Below are positions 11,671 to 23,680 of a DNA stretch of 52,088 nucleotides, piece by piece; the first letter of the stretch is position 1, and every line of letters begins with the position of its first letter. This stretch comes from Octopus bimaculoides. Its lineage: Eukaryota. The DNA lies in assembly GCF_001194135.2 (NCBI RefSeq), contig NC_068991.1, positions 8,900,799-8,952,886 on the forward strand, in the 5' to 3' direction. The notes below the pieces were generated by a model that saw nothing but the letters and a program-made list of their open reading frames with translations, made no database searches and was not told the DNA's origin. A program made the position numbers and the translations under genes.

Positions 11671-13489
11671 CTTTGTCTGAAATTGACTTTGTGACATTTT
11701 GGAAACTCTTTTTGCCCGGAATGTCAAAATTTCATTGATTCTTACGCAATCTTTATGGGATGTCCACAAAAGCTTAAAATAATTTATTGCGGTCTGAAAC
11801 GTATAAAACTATAAAGAAATTTGATATTAATATGCAAATTTAGTTGCCACCTATTTTAACTTTTGAAAATGTCTCGGCTTTGGCCATCCTGTAATTTGAA
11901 CCAGCAAATGATTTGCTCGTCTGAATCTCCAGCTCTGCTGAAAACAACATATAACTGACTACATTAGTATATAAAAAAGGGGCAGCTTTAAATTTTTAAC
12001 AGGAAAACGTATGTTAAACTTTGATCGGAGATTCATAATTTTCTTAGTTATAATACATATTACTTACATATAAGAATTCATTTCGTCCATCAGTGTAAAA
12101 TAAAAGCCACAAATGTCTGTACGAATAGATAACCTTTGATTTGTTACTTAATATTCTCATTCACACTTTAAAAATATAGCAAACGCTTTTCAATGGGTAC
12201 ATCGAGCAAATATCCATTTAGCTTACTTCCAAACCACGTGGCACCTTCGGCAAGTGTCGTCTACTATAGTCTCGTACCGACCAAAGCCTTGTGAATGGAT
12301 GTAAAAGGCGCCGGCTGTTTTTCACTTAATCTCCATTCAGTATACCACAGTTAAAAATATTTAAAGCCGATGCTATAAGGCGTAAATTCCTTCTCTAGCT
12401 TAACCTGGCTTGTTAGACTAAGGCTTTCTAAATAAAATAATTCTTTAAAAAAATCCTTGCAAAATGGAAACTACTAGACCTCCACCCTCGTCCACTGAGA
12501 CGAGCCGACGGAGGAGCCTGTATGTATTCGTTCGGCCAACTAGAATTAGCAGACAATTTATCCTTAAATTATTCTCCATTGTCCTCAAAAAAAAAAAGGG
12601 AACATCTACATTGTATAATATAGTCCGGAAAGAAAGCGGTGAACTTGGCACAATCATTAACAGTTGCATTACTTCCGGTATTACGTTCTGAGTTCAAATA
12701 CCGCCGAGGCCGTCTTTGCCCATTTATCCTTTCGGGATCGATAAAGTAAGTACCAGTTAAACACTGGAGTCAATGCAGTCGGCTAACTACTTCTAAAAAT
12801 GCTGGTCTTGTACTAAAATTTGAAACCATAATGTAGTCGTAAATGACTGAAAAATTAAACGCGATGATTTTTGTTCACCTTAGAGTATAATGTGGCAGCT
12901 ATAGTACAGTCATTCTATATAATAGAAATGGCAGCCAAGCCTACCTCAAATGTACTGATCAATAAATAAATGAAAATGATCAATTCAAATGGCACAAAAT
13001 AAAACGACGAGTAAACAGCATTAATAACAAGTTCTATCAAAACAGTTAACTTCGAAATCCAAGTGAATTAAAAATTCAATTGTGGCATGTAGTATGGTCT
13101 TTGGTAAGTACAGTAACAACTCGGGGCATGTTCCGATCTCATTACACGTCTTCAACTCAGCATAGATTTTACTAGTTGTTGCCAAATGTATGAACGACTG
13201 AGGGAATAAATAGATTTTTAGTGAGAAATATTGGTTTATTAGACACTTTAACAACAATTATATTAAATATATGAATATACATACTTCATGCAGAAATCAT
13301 CCATGGGGAAATTCCGTCTGTCGTTCTAAAAGGCTGTGAATGCAACGTAAGAATAAAGCTTGAAGGCAAGTGTGACATATTCACTGAGGTGAAGCACAGA
13401 GTTAATCGTAGACATTGTTTGTAATCTTTGTGCTTAAAATATGAATAGACACTTGACAGCAACAACGACGGTAGTGATAGCTAGCTGGT

Positions 13490-13850
13490 ATACTCTTTTA
13501 CTTGTTTCAGTCATTTGACTGCGGCCATGCTGGAGCACCGCCTTTAGTTGAGCAAATCGACCCCAAGACTTATTCTTTGGATGCCTAGTACTTATACTAT
13601 CGGTCTCTTTTGTCGAACCGCTAAATTACGGGACGTAAACACACCAGCATCGGTTGTCAAGCGAAGTTGGGGGGATAAACACAGACACACAAATATATAC
13701 ACACACATACACAGTTTCAGTTTCCGTCTACCAAATCCACTCACAAGGCTTTGGTCGGCCCGAGGCTATAGTAGAAGACACTTGCCCAAGGTGCCACGCA
13801 GTGGGACTGAACCCAGAACCATGTGGTTGGTTTCAAGAAATCATTGGAGT
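13490..13850 (-). mobile_element. SINE family B, near-complete copy
   Basis: High similarity to the 41894-42237 and 47314-47655 copies. Confidence 0.8.
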
Positions 13851-15797
13851 TGTATTGTTTAATTAACTGAGTCAAATTTCAGTCGTCAATGAAAACCATC
13901 ATCACAACCAAACTTAAATTCTTTCTAACAATATTAAAGAACAAGGAAGTAGTGATGTTGCCAATATATGGGGTCAACGAAGAGGGAAACCGCCCCCGCC
14001 CCCGCGGACGTCGACGTAGCCTGGATAGTAGTCGCAGTCTTGCTCGGTANNNNNNNNNNNNNNNNNNNNNNNNNNNNNNNNNNNNNNNNNNNNNNNNNNN
14101 NNNNNNNNNNNNNNNNNNNNNNNNNNNNNNNNNNNNNNNNNNNNNNNNNNNNNNNNNNNNNNNNNNNNNNNNNNNNNNNNNNNNNNNNNNNNNNNNNNNN
14201 NNNNNNNNNNNNNNNNNNNNNNNNNNNNNNNNNNNNNNNNNNNNNNNNNNNNNNNNNNNNNNNNNNNNNNNNNNNNNNNNNNNNNNNNNNNNNNNNNNNN
14301 NNNNNNNNNNNNNNNNNNNNNNNNNNNNNNNNNNNNNNNNNNNNNNNNNNNNNNNNNNNNNNNNNNNNNNNNNNNNNNNNNNNNNNNNNNNNNNNNNNNN
14401 NNNNNNNNNNNNNNNNNNNNNNNNNNNNNNNNNNNNNNNNNNNNNNNNNNNNNNNNNNNNNNNNNNNNNNNNNNNNNNNNNNNNNNNNNNNNNNNNNNNN
14501 NNNNNNNNNNNNNNNNNNNNNNNNNNNNNNNNNNNNNNNNNNNNATACCACCATCAGCAAAAACAGAAGAAGAAGTAAGCGGAACAGAAGGCGAATGGGT
14601 GACAACAGGGAAGAAAAGGAAGAGAAAAAGGAGGAAACCAGGTAAAATAAATACTGAGACCCACCCCACCTAACTCCCACCCACACCCTCTTCTTCCCAC
14701 CCGCTCCCTACAGACACTGAACCTACTCCCCTCCAACACGAAAACAAACACAGTCAGACACAAGTAATTCAACCTCCCTCCCCCCCCGGAAAAAAAGAAG
14801 AAAGGAAACTATGTAATGATGTATGATAACACAAAATTGTGTGTGAAGAAATTAAAAAGCTGAAGGACGTTAGAGCGGTGGACACTCACAAGTTCGACAA
14901 CGTGCAAGGGTGACATTGCTGCCTGTTGTTGGACGAGAACCAAAGGGAAAAAATTTTTAGATTCAAGAAAAGATTTACAGTATGGCAAGTCGATCTGGAC
15001 ACTCAAAATTCGCCAGGAAATATGAACTACATGCTTCTACTGAAGAAATACGGAGTGTATATTTTTGAAGGCTCCGGGTTCAAAAAGAGAAAGTGAACAG
15101 AGGTAAAAATGAAGTAACCCAGAGATGGGGCCGAGGAAATTTCATTCCATTTCTCATCTTCATCTTATCATTCATTATAACATACGCTTTTCTTTTCTTT
15201 TATTTGTTATGTGTCCCCACATGTGATTGTGTTATCCCCTCTGTGTTAGCCCCTTGTGGGCAATAAAGAAAAAGAGTGTCAATTCCAACTAGTCTGTGAT
15301 TGGACGGGTGCGACTCGATACCTTATAGAGACATGTCAAATGATATGAATAAAATTAAATCAGTTATGGGCAGCATACGGCCCATGGGATTTTCTGGATG
15401 GCCGCCTAACAAAAAAATTACTTTCCAAAAATGTTTAGCTATGCGGTCCACCTGGTGATGAGTTATGTCTAATGCGATCCGCTTCTCGATAAAGGTTGCC
15501 CGTGCTTGACTTAAATAGCCAGTGGATGGAAAGATGCGGTGAAAGCATCGTAGGATAAAATACATGGGATAAAATACATGTCATGTGATCAGAAAATAGA
15601 TGGAAAATAGAAAAGAAAGCAGATGAAAAAATTATCCACACAAATTTTGCTTGTTTTACGTATAACTTTAATGGAACGGGTGGGAACTGAACTTGAAAAT
15701 TTCAGTAATATAATTGCAATTCGCAGAGGTACTTTTCACTTCACCTGGTTGCGTAAAATAAAAACGGGCGGAACAATTTCAAATGGAATCTACTGAA

Positions 15798-15826
15798 ATT
15801 TGCATAGGTCTTAGACAAGCTATAAA
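15798..15826 (+). promoter_or_regulatory. Candidate core promoter of paralog 2: octamer + TATA box
   Basis: ATTTGCAT at 15798-15805 (AAATTTGCATAGGTCT shared with paralog 1) and TATAAA at 15821-15826, 40 bp before the ATG. Confidence 0.5.
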
Positions 15827-15865
15827 TTGATTGCCAGAGAGCAGCGGAAGAATGAAACTAGCAAC

Positions 15866-18800
15866 ATGGGAAACCAAAGTTCACGTAATCTCGGATCTGA
15901 ATCAAGCCCAGGACTTCTGCCTGTAACATCCCTCAAGAAACAGCAGTACCCATTTGAAAATCTAATCTTTGAAGGATGTGGTGCCAAAGCATTTGCTTAT
16001 GCTGGAGCAATAAAAGTAAGTTTTTTTTCCTCCGCTTTTTTCTTCAATAGTTCTCATTCTGAAATACGTAAACAATGTTTTCTTTTAAATTACTCTGATA
16101 AATATATAGCTACTTAAATATACAGTTGAAAACTATCGTATCTTATTTTTCAAAGATTGACTGTAGTTTTATTGCTTTTTTTTTTTTTTTTTTAAACTTG
16201 AAAGTTCTTACATTAATCGCAATCGGAAGCCTTGTTCCCATAAACTCTTCTCTTTTAAACTTCTGAAAATCTTGCAGGTCCTCGAGAAAACTGGCATTCT
16301 TTCTAATATCAAACGATTCAGTGGTGCTGGAACTGGTGCTATTGTAGCCTGTCTTTTGGCCGCTGGTTTCAGTTGCAATTCTCTGCAACAGACCGTCAGT
16401 GAACACCTGGAAAAGTTCTTGTCTGGTAAGAATACAATTTTTGATATTCCTTAATACTGCCACTCTCCCTCGATAATTTTGCAGAGAACAACTTCTGGCT
16501 TACCTGTTCGAATCGGAGTCTCCACTGCAATTGATAAATAGTATTGTTGCACGTAATTAGTGTTTATAACTGATTCTAGCATTGTTAAAATTCGAATTTT
16601 AGGATTCGATATTCTATAGCTTTCGTATAACTCTTGGTACTTGTTGTTGGATCTCCTACATTTATTTGCATTCGTAAGTCACGGCAATAAACTAAATCCA
16701 TGTGTGTCAACTAATCTTAATCTAGAACAATTCTTTTACCCTTTTCAGACAACCAGTGCACTGATGAGATTCCCCAAGATGAGATGTTCGAGAAGTTCGG
16801 TTGGAATTCTGGCCAAAAATTCTTTGACTGGTTCGGTGATATTCTAACTCAAAAGTGTGGAAACGCTGACATAACATTTCAAGAAGTGAGTACACAATGC
16901 ATATATTTATTACAGGTGATATGTATTGGGAGAACAATTCTAACCTTATTTCCTGTTCATACTATTTCAGCTTTACAATAGGACTGGCAAGGAATTGTGT
17001 ATCGTTGCTGTGAACTTAAACCGAATGAAAGAGGAGTATTTTCACCCCAAAACAACACCTGATGTCGTTGTTCGTCGTGCAGTCCTTATGACCATCTCTG
17101 TTCCTGGTAATTATGCAATCTACAATTCAATTTTTCCTTCTCTTTAACCTAATGCTTTGCTGTATTATTCCAATGTTTTAAAAATCGATGTTTTTATGTT
17201 AGACATTTGACTAGCTCCATGTAGCTTTTAGCCTATAATACCTCATTTGTAAATTTGCCCACTTGTTAATTAAAATTTTTTTTAGCCCTCTTGCTCTCAC
17301 TATTTTGCTTCATCCTTTTATCTTTGAATACGATACTATATTTTGAAAACGCATCAAAACTTGGCTCTGACTTTAAAAATGTCAGTTCTTTTCTGTTCTT
17401 CCCATGACCGCTGCAAACCAGTTTTTGAATACTTTTCACTCTTTATTCTTAATAGGAATGTCCCAGCCTGTGAAATTTAGTGTGGCCGATTCCCCCGAAA
17501 GCTACTACCTTGATGGTGGGATGCTTTGCAACTACCCCATTCACTGCTTCGATGGTTGGTGGCTATCAATGCAATCCGACAACTCATTTCTTCAGAAATG
17601 TCAAACTCCTGATATTAGAACGCTGAATAAAGAACGTTTCTCTGGCGTTAACTCCCAAAGCCTCGGATTTATCATGGTAAGTTTTAGTTTCCTCAAACTT
17701 TCATATTCGTTTCAGTACTGCAGTCCACAGCGTTCCGTTTTGTGTCCTGTCTTATATAGATGTCCCAGTTAATCACTATCTAGTTTAGTGAATAACTAAT
17801 ACCAGTAAACTAGAATAATTTACAAAAATGGTATAATATAAGTTACTGTGTAATGTTTCTGTAAGAATTTTCAAGAACTCCGAAATTAACACTAAAGCCT
17901 AAAGTTCAAAAGATTTCTAATTTTGACTTCATTTGGTTTCTCAGCGCATTAAATTTGTGTTCTCGTTTAAATCCAGTTCGACGATTATCACTTCGCTAAG
18001 ATTTATGATGCAATGAAGGAGCGCCTGGATCTTACGGAAGCTGCTATCGCCATACCCGAAAGTAACCTTGGCAAGTAAGTATTTTCGAGTACATATGATG
18101 TATGACAATGTGAGTGGGCATAGACCATAACTTCAGATAATATGGTCTTTATTTAAATACGAAGTTAATATTTTCATAGCTGATGGTATTTAGTTTCAAC
18201 AAAATTATATTTCTTTTAAAGGAAATACAAAGACGTTGGTCAAAACATTGAGCAGATGAGACTGATATTTGAGAAGTTTCCAGAAGCCATGACAAAACTT
18301 CGTGAAGTAAGTTACAAATTTTCAAATTTAAATCTGTCTATTGAGCTTAATCCTGATTATGTAAATGGCTTAAAATATAACTGAATTCCTGTCTATAAAC
18401 AGGTTTTGGAGAAAATCAAAGACAGCAACAATTTGGTATCGGTTTCCGAATTGACAAAGGAGATAACCAAAGTAAGCTTTTAGCCTAATTTCCTCTAAAT
18501 CGTATCTGTCGTTCACTTTGATACCCGAATACTTGAAAATGGTTTTGGTCACTTATCTGTTTCTAGGAACATTTCTCTGCGATAGAAATTCAGGCGTTAT
18601 TTGGAGTTGAAAATAATGAAAATGAGTGCCTTGCTTTTTTCCAAAAGCATTTTGATGCAAAGGAGATGGTGAGTTAGATTGCCCTTAGATATATTCAAAC
18701 TTGTAATGGATTTTATTGTAAACTTTTCACTTATTTCTTTCAGCTTCCAGTTACTGAAGTTATAAGCTTTATTGAGAAAAGAACCTCTCGCAAGTTTTAC

Positions 18801-19322
18801 AGCTATAGTAAGATTTCAACAAGGTCGAATGTGACCAATTTATCGTCATTCTGGGGGACAGTAATTAATTCCATCCACGAAATCAACAAATTGGCTTCGG
18901 TAAGTGTCGTTATATATAGTTAAGACAATGTCGGCAATATATAAGATGTTTGAACTTATTCCTCGTGTCTATCTTCCAGGAAGACGACTTGACCCGTACT
19001 GTTGGTATTTACACCGGTCATATTAGTAATAATGATATTGATCTGGATGAAGCCGACGAAATATATTTATTTCAAGTGAGTCCTCGATTTCTTTTTCTCG
19101 CGTCTCCAAATTCTCCGTCTCCTATAATTGTGACTTTCTAATTTGTAGCATGGTTGGAACTGTACAGTGGCCTTCTTGCGACAATTCGGTGCCCTATCAA
19201 TTACAACACCAGAAGAAATGGTATCTATCAGTACCCAGGCACCACCACATGAACCAAACCAAGAGCTCGAAACAACAACGGAACCGACAACTGAATCTAA
19301 ACCCACGGACCTTGAAGATTGA
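15866..19322 (+). CDS. Patatin-like phospholipase-domain protein, paralog 2 (523 aa, 12 exons); catalytic Ser replaced by Gly; T/E/P-rich tail
   Basis: Exons 15866-16015, 16278-16425, 16749-16885, 16971-17106, 17456-17676, 17977-18074, 18222-18306, 18403-18471, 18567-18668, 18744-18899, 18980-19075, 19149-19322 (1572 nt, open). Motifs: MGNQSS; NLIFEGCGAKAFAYAGA; KRFSGAGTGA; YLDGGMLCNYPIHCFDGWWLSM; RTVGIYTGHI. AATAAA at 19393-19398. Confidence 0.88.
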
Positions 19323-19836
19323 CTTTAATGTTTATATGCACCTGGAATCTTTGTTATCGCTTTATTTTTTTGGCCTCGTTTTGACTTCTAGAAATAAAAT
19401 AAATTGTCTTTGAACTATATTTTTGTCTTTACTATTTCTTTTAGCACTACATCGCTTAGTGCGTAAAAACTGAAAGCTCTTGAAGACGAGCAGCTCCTCG
19501 TGTTCAAAGTTACCATTGTGGGCGCAGGTTTTGATGTCAAAACATAAACAGCCGGTTATACATGCCACAAAGCATCTGGTTCAACTCTGACAGTTTCGCT
19601 AATGTTAGGTGAGCTTTTAATCGAACTCGGAAAAGCTGAAAGGTGGTTGATCTCGGGACAATTTACAGTCAGCCGAGACAATTACAAGGCCAATTGCCTA
19701 ACGTTGAAATCTTTCAACTGGAAGTGTCCGTCAAATGACTTTAGAACTTTTGTCGCAAGTCGCTATACATTACAACCCCATAACCCTGGTTCATTCTGAA
19801 AACGATGGTCACTAAGAAATTGATGGGTTTTTATTT

Positions 19837-20019
19837 AAAAAAAAAAAAAAAATCGATCTTGGTGAGGCATTGAAATTAAGATTTAGGAAATGCAAACTGT
19901 AGAAAAATTATCTACTTATTTCGAGAAGTATACTGTATTTTCTTTAGTTTGTATTTCCTAGAACTTAATCTTACTTTCAATGCCTTACCAAGATCGAATT
20001 TTTTTTTTTTTTTTTTTTT
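19837..20019. repeat. Hairpin/inverted repeat capped by poly(A) and poly(T) tracts
   Basis: Arms at about 19851-19906 and 19938-20000 (ATCGATCTTGGTGAGGCATTGAAA / TTTCAATGCCTTACCAAGATCGAAT), loop about 31 nt. Confidence 0.75.
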
Positions 20020-21854
20020 CCACTGTTCGGTCTTTATTCGAAAATTTAGCATTTTCTTTTTATCCATCCAAGATTTAAATTTGTTTCATAATCAATATCG
20101 TTAAATTTCGAACAGAACTTTTCTGATGCAACTCGCGATAGCAATAATTTGGTATGTTGGAAGCATCTGATCTTTCGTCTACCAGTCTAGTTAACTTCAC
20201 TTTGGCAAAATATAAAGTCTATTTATTTATTTATTTATATGTTTCAGCCAATTGGCTGCGGTCATGCTGGTGCACCGTTTGACATTTCCATCAAACTCGA
20301 AGGACATTGCCTGTGCAAGTTTTCATATGACTGACAAATATTGAACTCGTTTCAATTGTTACTTCACGACTTTACTCCATTACAACTTATATATATATGC
20401 CAATAGTGTTATAAGTTTTGTTCTATAATCCAGTGTTTTTTGTACTTGGTACAGCCAGGAAATCGCGTGCATTTTGTCTCCTCTCTGGAAATTTAACCAA
20501 ATTAAATTTCACAGCTTTATATTTAAGTCTATAATCTGTTTCTTAGGAATTTTTCGGTTAATATCTTAACTTTTAAAATTTGCTTCAGTAAAATTAGAAT
20601 TTGTCACTTTTATAAGCAGTAACTTCGCATCAACTCTCACGCATTTGAATCTTATTCATGACGCTTGCACCTTGCCTATTTTCTGATTTCTGTAGCCAAT
20701 CGCCTTGTTCCCAATATACTTCCCCCCCCACCCATGTAATTTACTTCCATTTACAGACCATAAACTTGATGCTAGTTAATACGAACGCTATTCAAACCTG
20801 CAGCCACCCCCACCTTAGGTAGTGGCAGTATGACAATATAGAAACCACATGATAGCGCAGATGCAGTTTGGGGACTCAACTACCAAAGACTAACACAAGC
20901 GATATTACGAAACTACTAATCATTCTACAATACATTGAGTAAAATCTTCGATAACATTAGTTCGACTTGTTGCATAAACTTTTTCTCCAATAGCAAAGTG
21001 CTCAAACATCTTGAATCTGTTTTAGCTAGTAAATAGCAATTGCGATAAATTCGCAGTATCCCGATTTTCGGTACAGTCATCCAAAACTTGTAAACTGTAA
21101 AATCTGTCGTCTTTTTGGCTAGGCGTAGCGGTGGCAGCAATGAAATGCTAGTTCTCTCGAATATAGATTTAACTTAATGGAGCTATCGAAATGCTATTGC
21201 TTAACCAGTTCATCTTTGTATCCTTCGCCAATTGTTTCAATCTATAGATTACTGCGTTAGTTCCTAACACGCCTGTTTTCAACTGAGAAATGACTCAGAA
21301 GCCACGACTTGATATTTTAGTCTGTCGATTTCTTAAAAGTGGACCATCGTAGGCAAAAGGACCTGGTTGTGGGGGAACCAAAATGAAACTATTGCCACGC
21401 ATCAAGCAGCACACCATTAAGTCTCTTATTCGCATGCGAACGGTTTTAAAGTGTGTGCAGGTATGAGAAACTTACCTACAGCAGCTTCTTTCATTCCACC
21501 GACTTTCTATTTGACATTTCCCAGTTCTGAATAATTCACTGCAACCGAAGATGAATAAACATTGACTACGTTCATTGCATGATTTTTACAGACGCGACAA
21601 ATTCTATTTGATCAATTTTATCGATACGTCTCTGAACGTCAGTTTGGTGACTGGTCATTCAGCAACTTGGGCGATCTTACGATACCAGTCACACGACTGT
21701 CACTTAAGAAGCACGTGTTTATTCACATTCGTGAAGATGATCGTCGGTTTCCGTAAAAGCTTACTTTTTTCACATGCGGAAAAGGGGATCTTTTGAAGTC
21801 GTAGTGCGATTGTATGAGGGATGTTCTTTCGAAGTTGGTGTGAAGCAGAAGAAT

Positions 21855-21885
<31 letters not shown>

Positions 21886-21888
21886 GAA

Positions 21889-22135
21889 AGCGCGTGGCTC
21901 AGTGGTTAGAGTGTCGAGCTTACGATCATGATGTTGTGAGTTCGAATCCTGGACCGGGCTGTGTGTTGTGTTCTTGAGCAAGACGCTCCAGTTCACTCAG
22001 CTGTAGAAATGAGTTGCGACGTCACTGGTGCCAAGCTGTATCGGCATTTCCCTTGGATAACATTGGTGGCGGGGAGGCCGGTATGTATGGGCGACTGCTG
22101 GCCATCCACCAACAACTTTGCCAGTTACACCACAT
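21889..22135 (+). mobile_element. tRNA-derived SINE, family C (GCGCGTGGCTCAGTGGTTAG head; TTCTTGAGCAAGAC core)
   Basis: A box TGGCTCAGTGG and B box GTTCGAATCC followed by a non-tRNA body. Related copies at about 40990-41210 (-), 43170-43390 (+) and 37960-38230 (-). Confidence 0.75.
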
Positions 22136-23680
22136 CTGATGGTTCTTAAGTCCAACTTTTCTCTTGAAATTATTCGGAAGAGTAGCGGTATAAAAGAAAT
22201 GGTAAACATCTCCCCCAACTTAATTATTTTTTTTTTGTTTACGTAGCGTGTTATTCTATTTTGCACAAATGAATTCTAAAAACTTTTCCGTTCCAAATTC
22301 AACGTTGGTTTCTTCTACGATACCGCAAAGTAAAAATTCTGTTTAACTAGGGATCTAACACCACACAATCTTGAACTGAAATGTCTACATATCCTCGAGA
22401 CGAGTAAAGCACTGTAAAATTTAAGCTGAAAATCCATCTAAGAAAGCCTTCTTGGTTAGTAGATTTAACCTGCTCCCAAGTTTGACATAATAGGTTCTAG
22501 GATACCTTTTTAGGCCAGATGAACAAAACACGATTAGTGCCAACGACTTGCTGAAATTGATTTTAAATTTATGCACATGCCCAGTAAGCTCGAGGGGAGG
22601 GGATTAGTCTATTACATTGATCCCAGTGTTCAACTGGTAAGCCAACATCGACGGGATTTAAACAACTAAGACAGACGAAATGCATAACACTTCGCCCGGC
22701 TTGCACGATCCTGGCAGATCGCCGCCTGTACCAGCTGAAATATTAAAATAGTTATTGCATGATCATTTCCGATATATTTCAGTGAGCGGCACGTCACTTC
22801 GACGCCAGATAATTGTAAATAAAATAAGCAGTATGGTGGTGGCGAAACGCTTAGCAGTATTTCGTTTGTCTTTATGTTCCGAGTTTAAATTCAGCCGTGG
22901 TCGACTTCGCCGTTCATACTTTCGTAGTCGATAAAAAGGTCAATCTAAGAGTATATGTAGATATATCTCCATTGAAAACCTGCTACAAGCAGATTGGAAT
23001 TGAGCAGTTCATTTGAAACTGCTTGTGTTGATAATGAAGGAGATAATTCCTGATCACACATTCTGACCAAAGTCGTGGTCGTCTGAGGTAGAGGAAAAAC
23101 GTTAACACGATTGGTTGCGATTCGAATGAGAAGTGGTTACCGTAATCTATCAGGTCAAGGATCACCCGTTGAATCGATGGCGTTTTATGCAGGTTAATAT
23201 AGAAAAGGGGACTCAAAAAATAACTATTTTAGGTAAAGTAAAGAGTGTACGTCGAATATTCAGAAATGTGACGAAGTTGGTTTTGAAGTTAAAACTGTCT
23301 GCAAAGTAGGACAGTCATTTTTCTACTGATTACATCACTGATCTTAAATGTAGTACAGTAGCAGTTTTAAAGCTCGATCTTAAATTTTTTAATATTTGAT
23401 ACACGGTATTTATGCACAATGTTAATAATTCGTAGTCATTTTAACAGATTCTGTTGAAACGATTGTATATTAATTTGTGAACAAAAAAAAAATATAACCA
23501 CATACATTCGTTGTAAAACTTTATTTCGATAAAGACAATTCATTAAAGCCATAAACTACTATTTCCTTGAAATAAACCAAAAACTGCAAATTCGAGACGA
23601 GTACAAATTGAACAAAGATTTTTCGGGTATTCGTAGCCATTATTGAAGCAAAATTCGTTTAAAGGGATTCGTCAACGGAT

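Noticed and set aside
13889-14686. Long ORFs of 225-250 aa in the ORF track (also near 5127, 30190, 40250 and 50280)
   Set aside because: They are long only because they read through N gaps.
20600-21560. Scattered splice-like signals between paralogs 2 and 3 suggesting a fourth gene or lncRNA
   Set aside because: No coherent reading frame or paralogous motifs; cannot be supported without transcript data.
21889-21960. tRNA-like sequence with A and B boxes
   Set aside because: The acceptor stem does not pair and it runs straight into a SINE body found several times in the window; it is a SINE head, not a tRNA gene.
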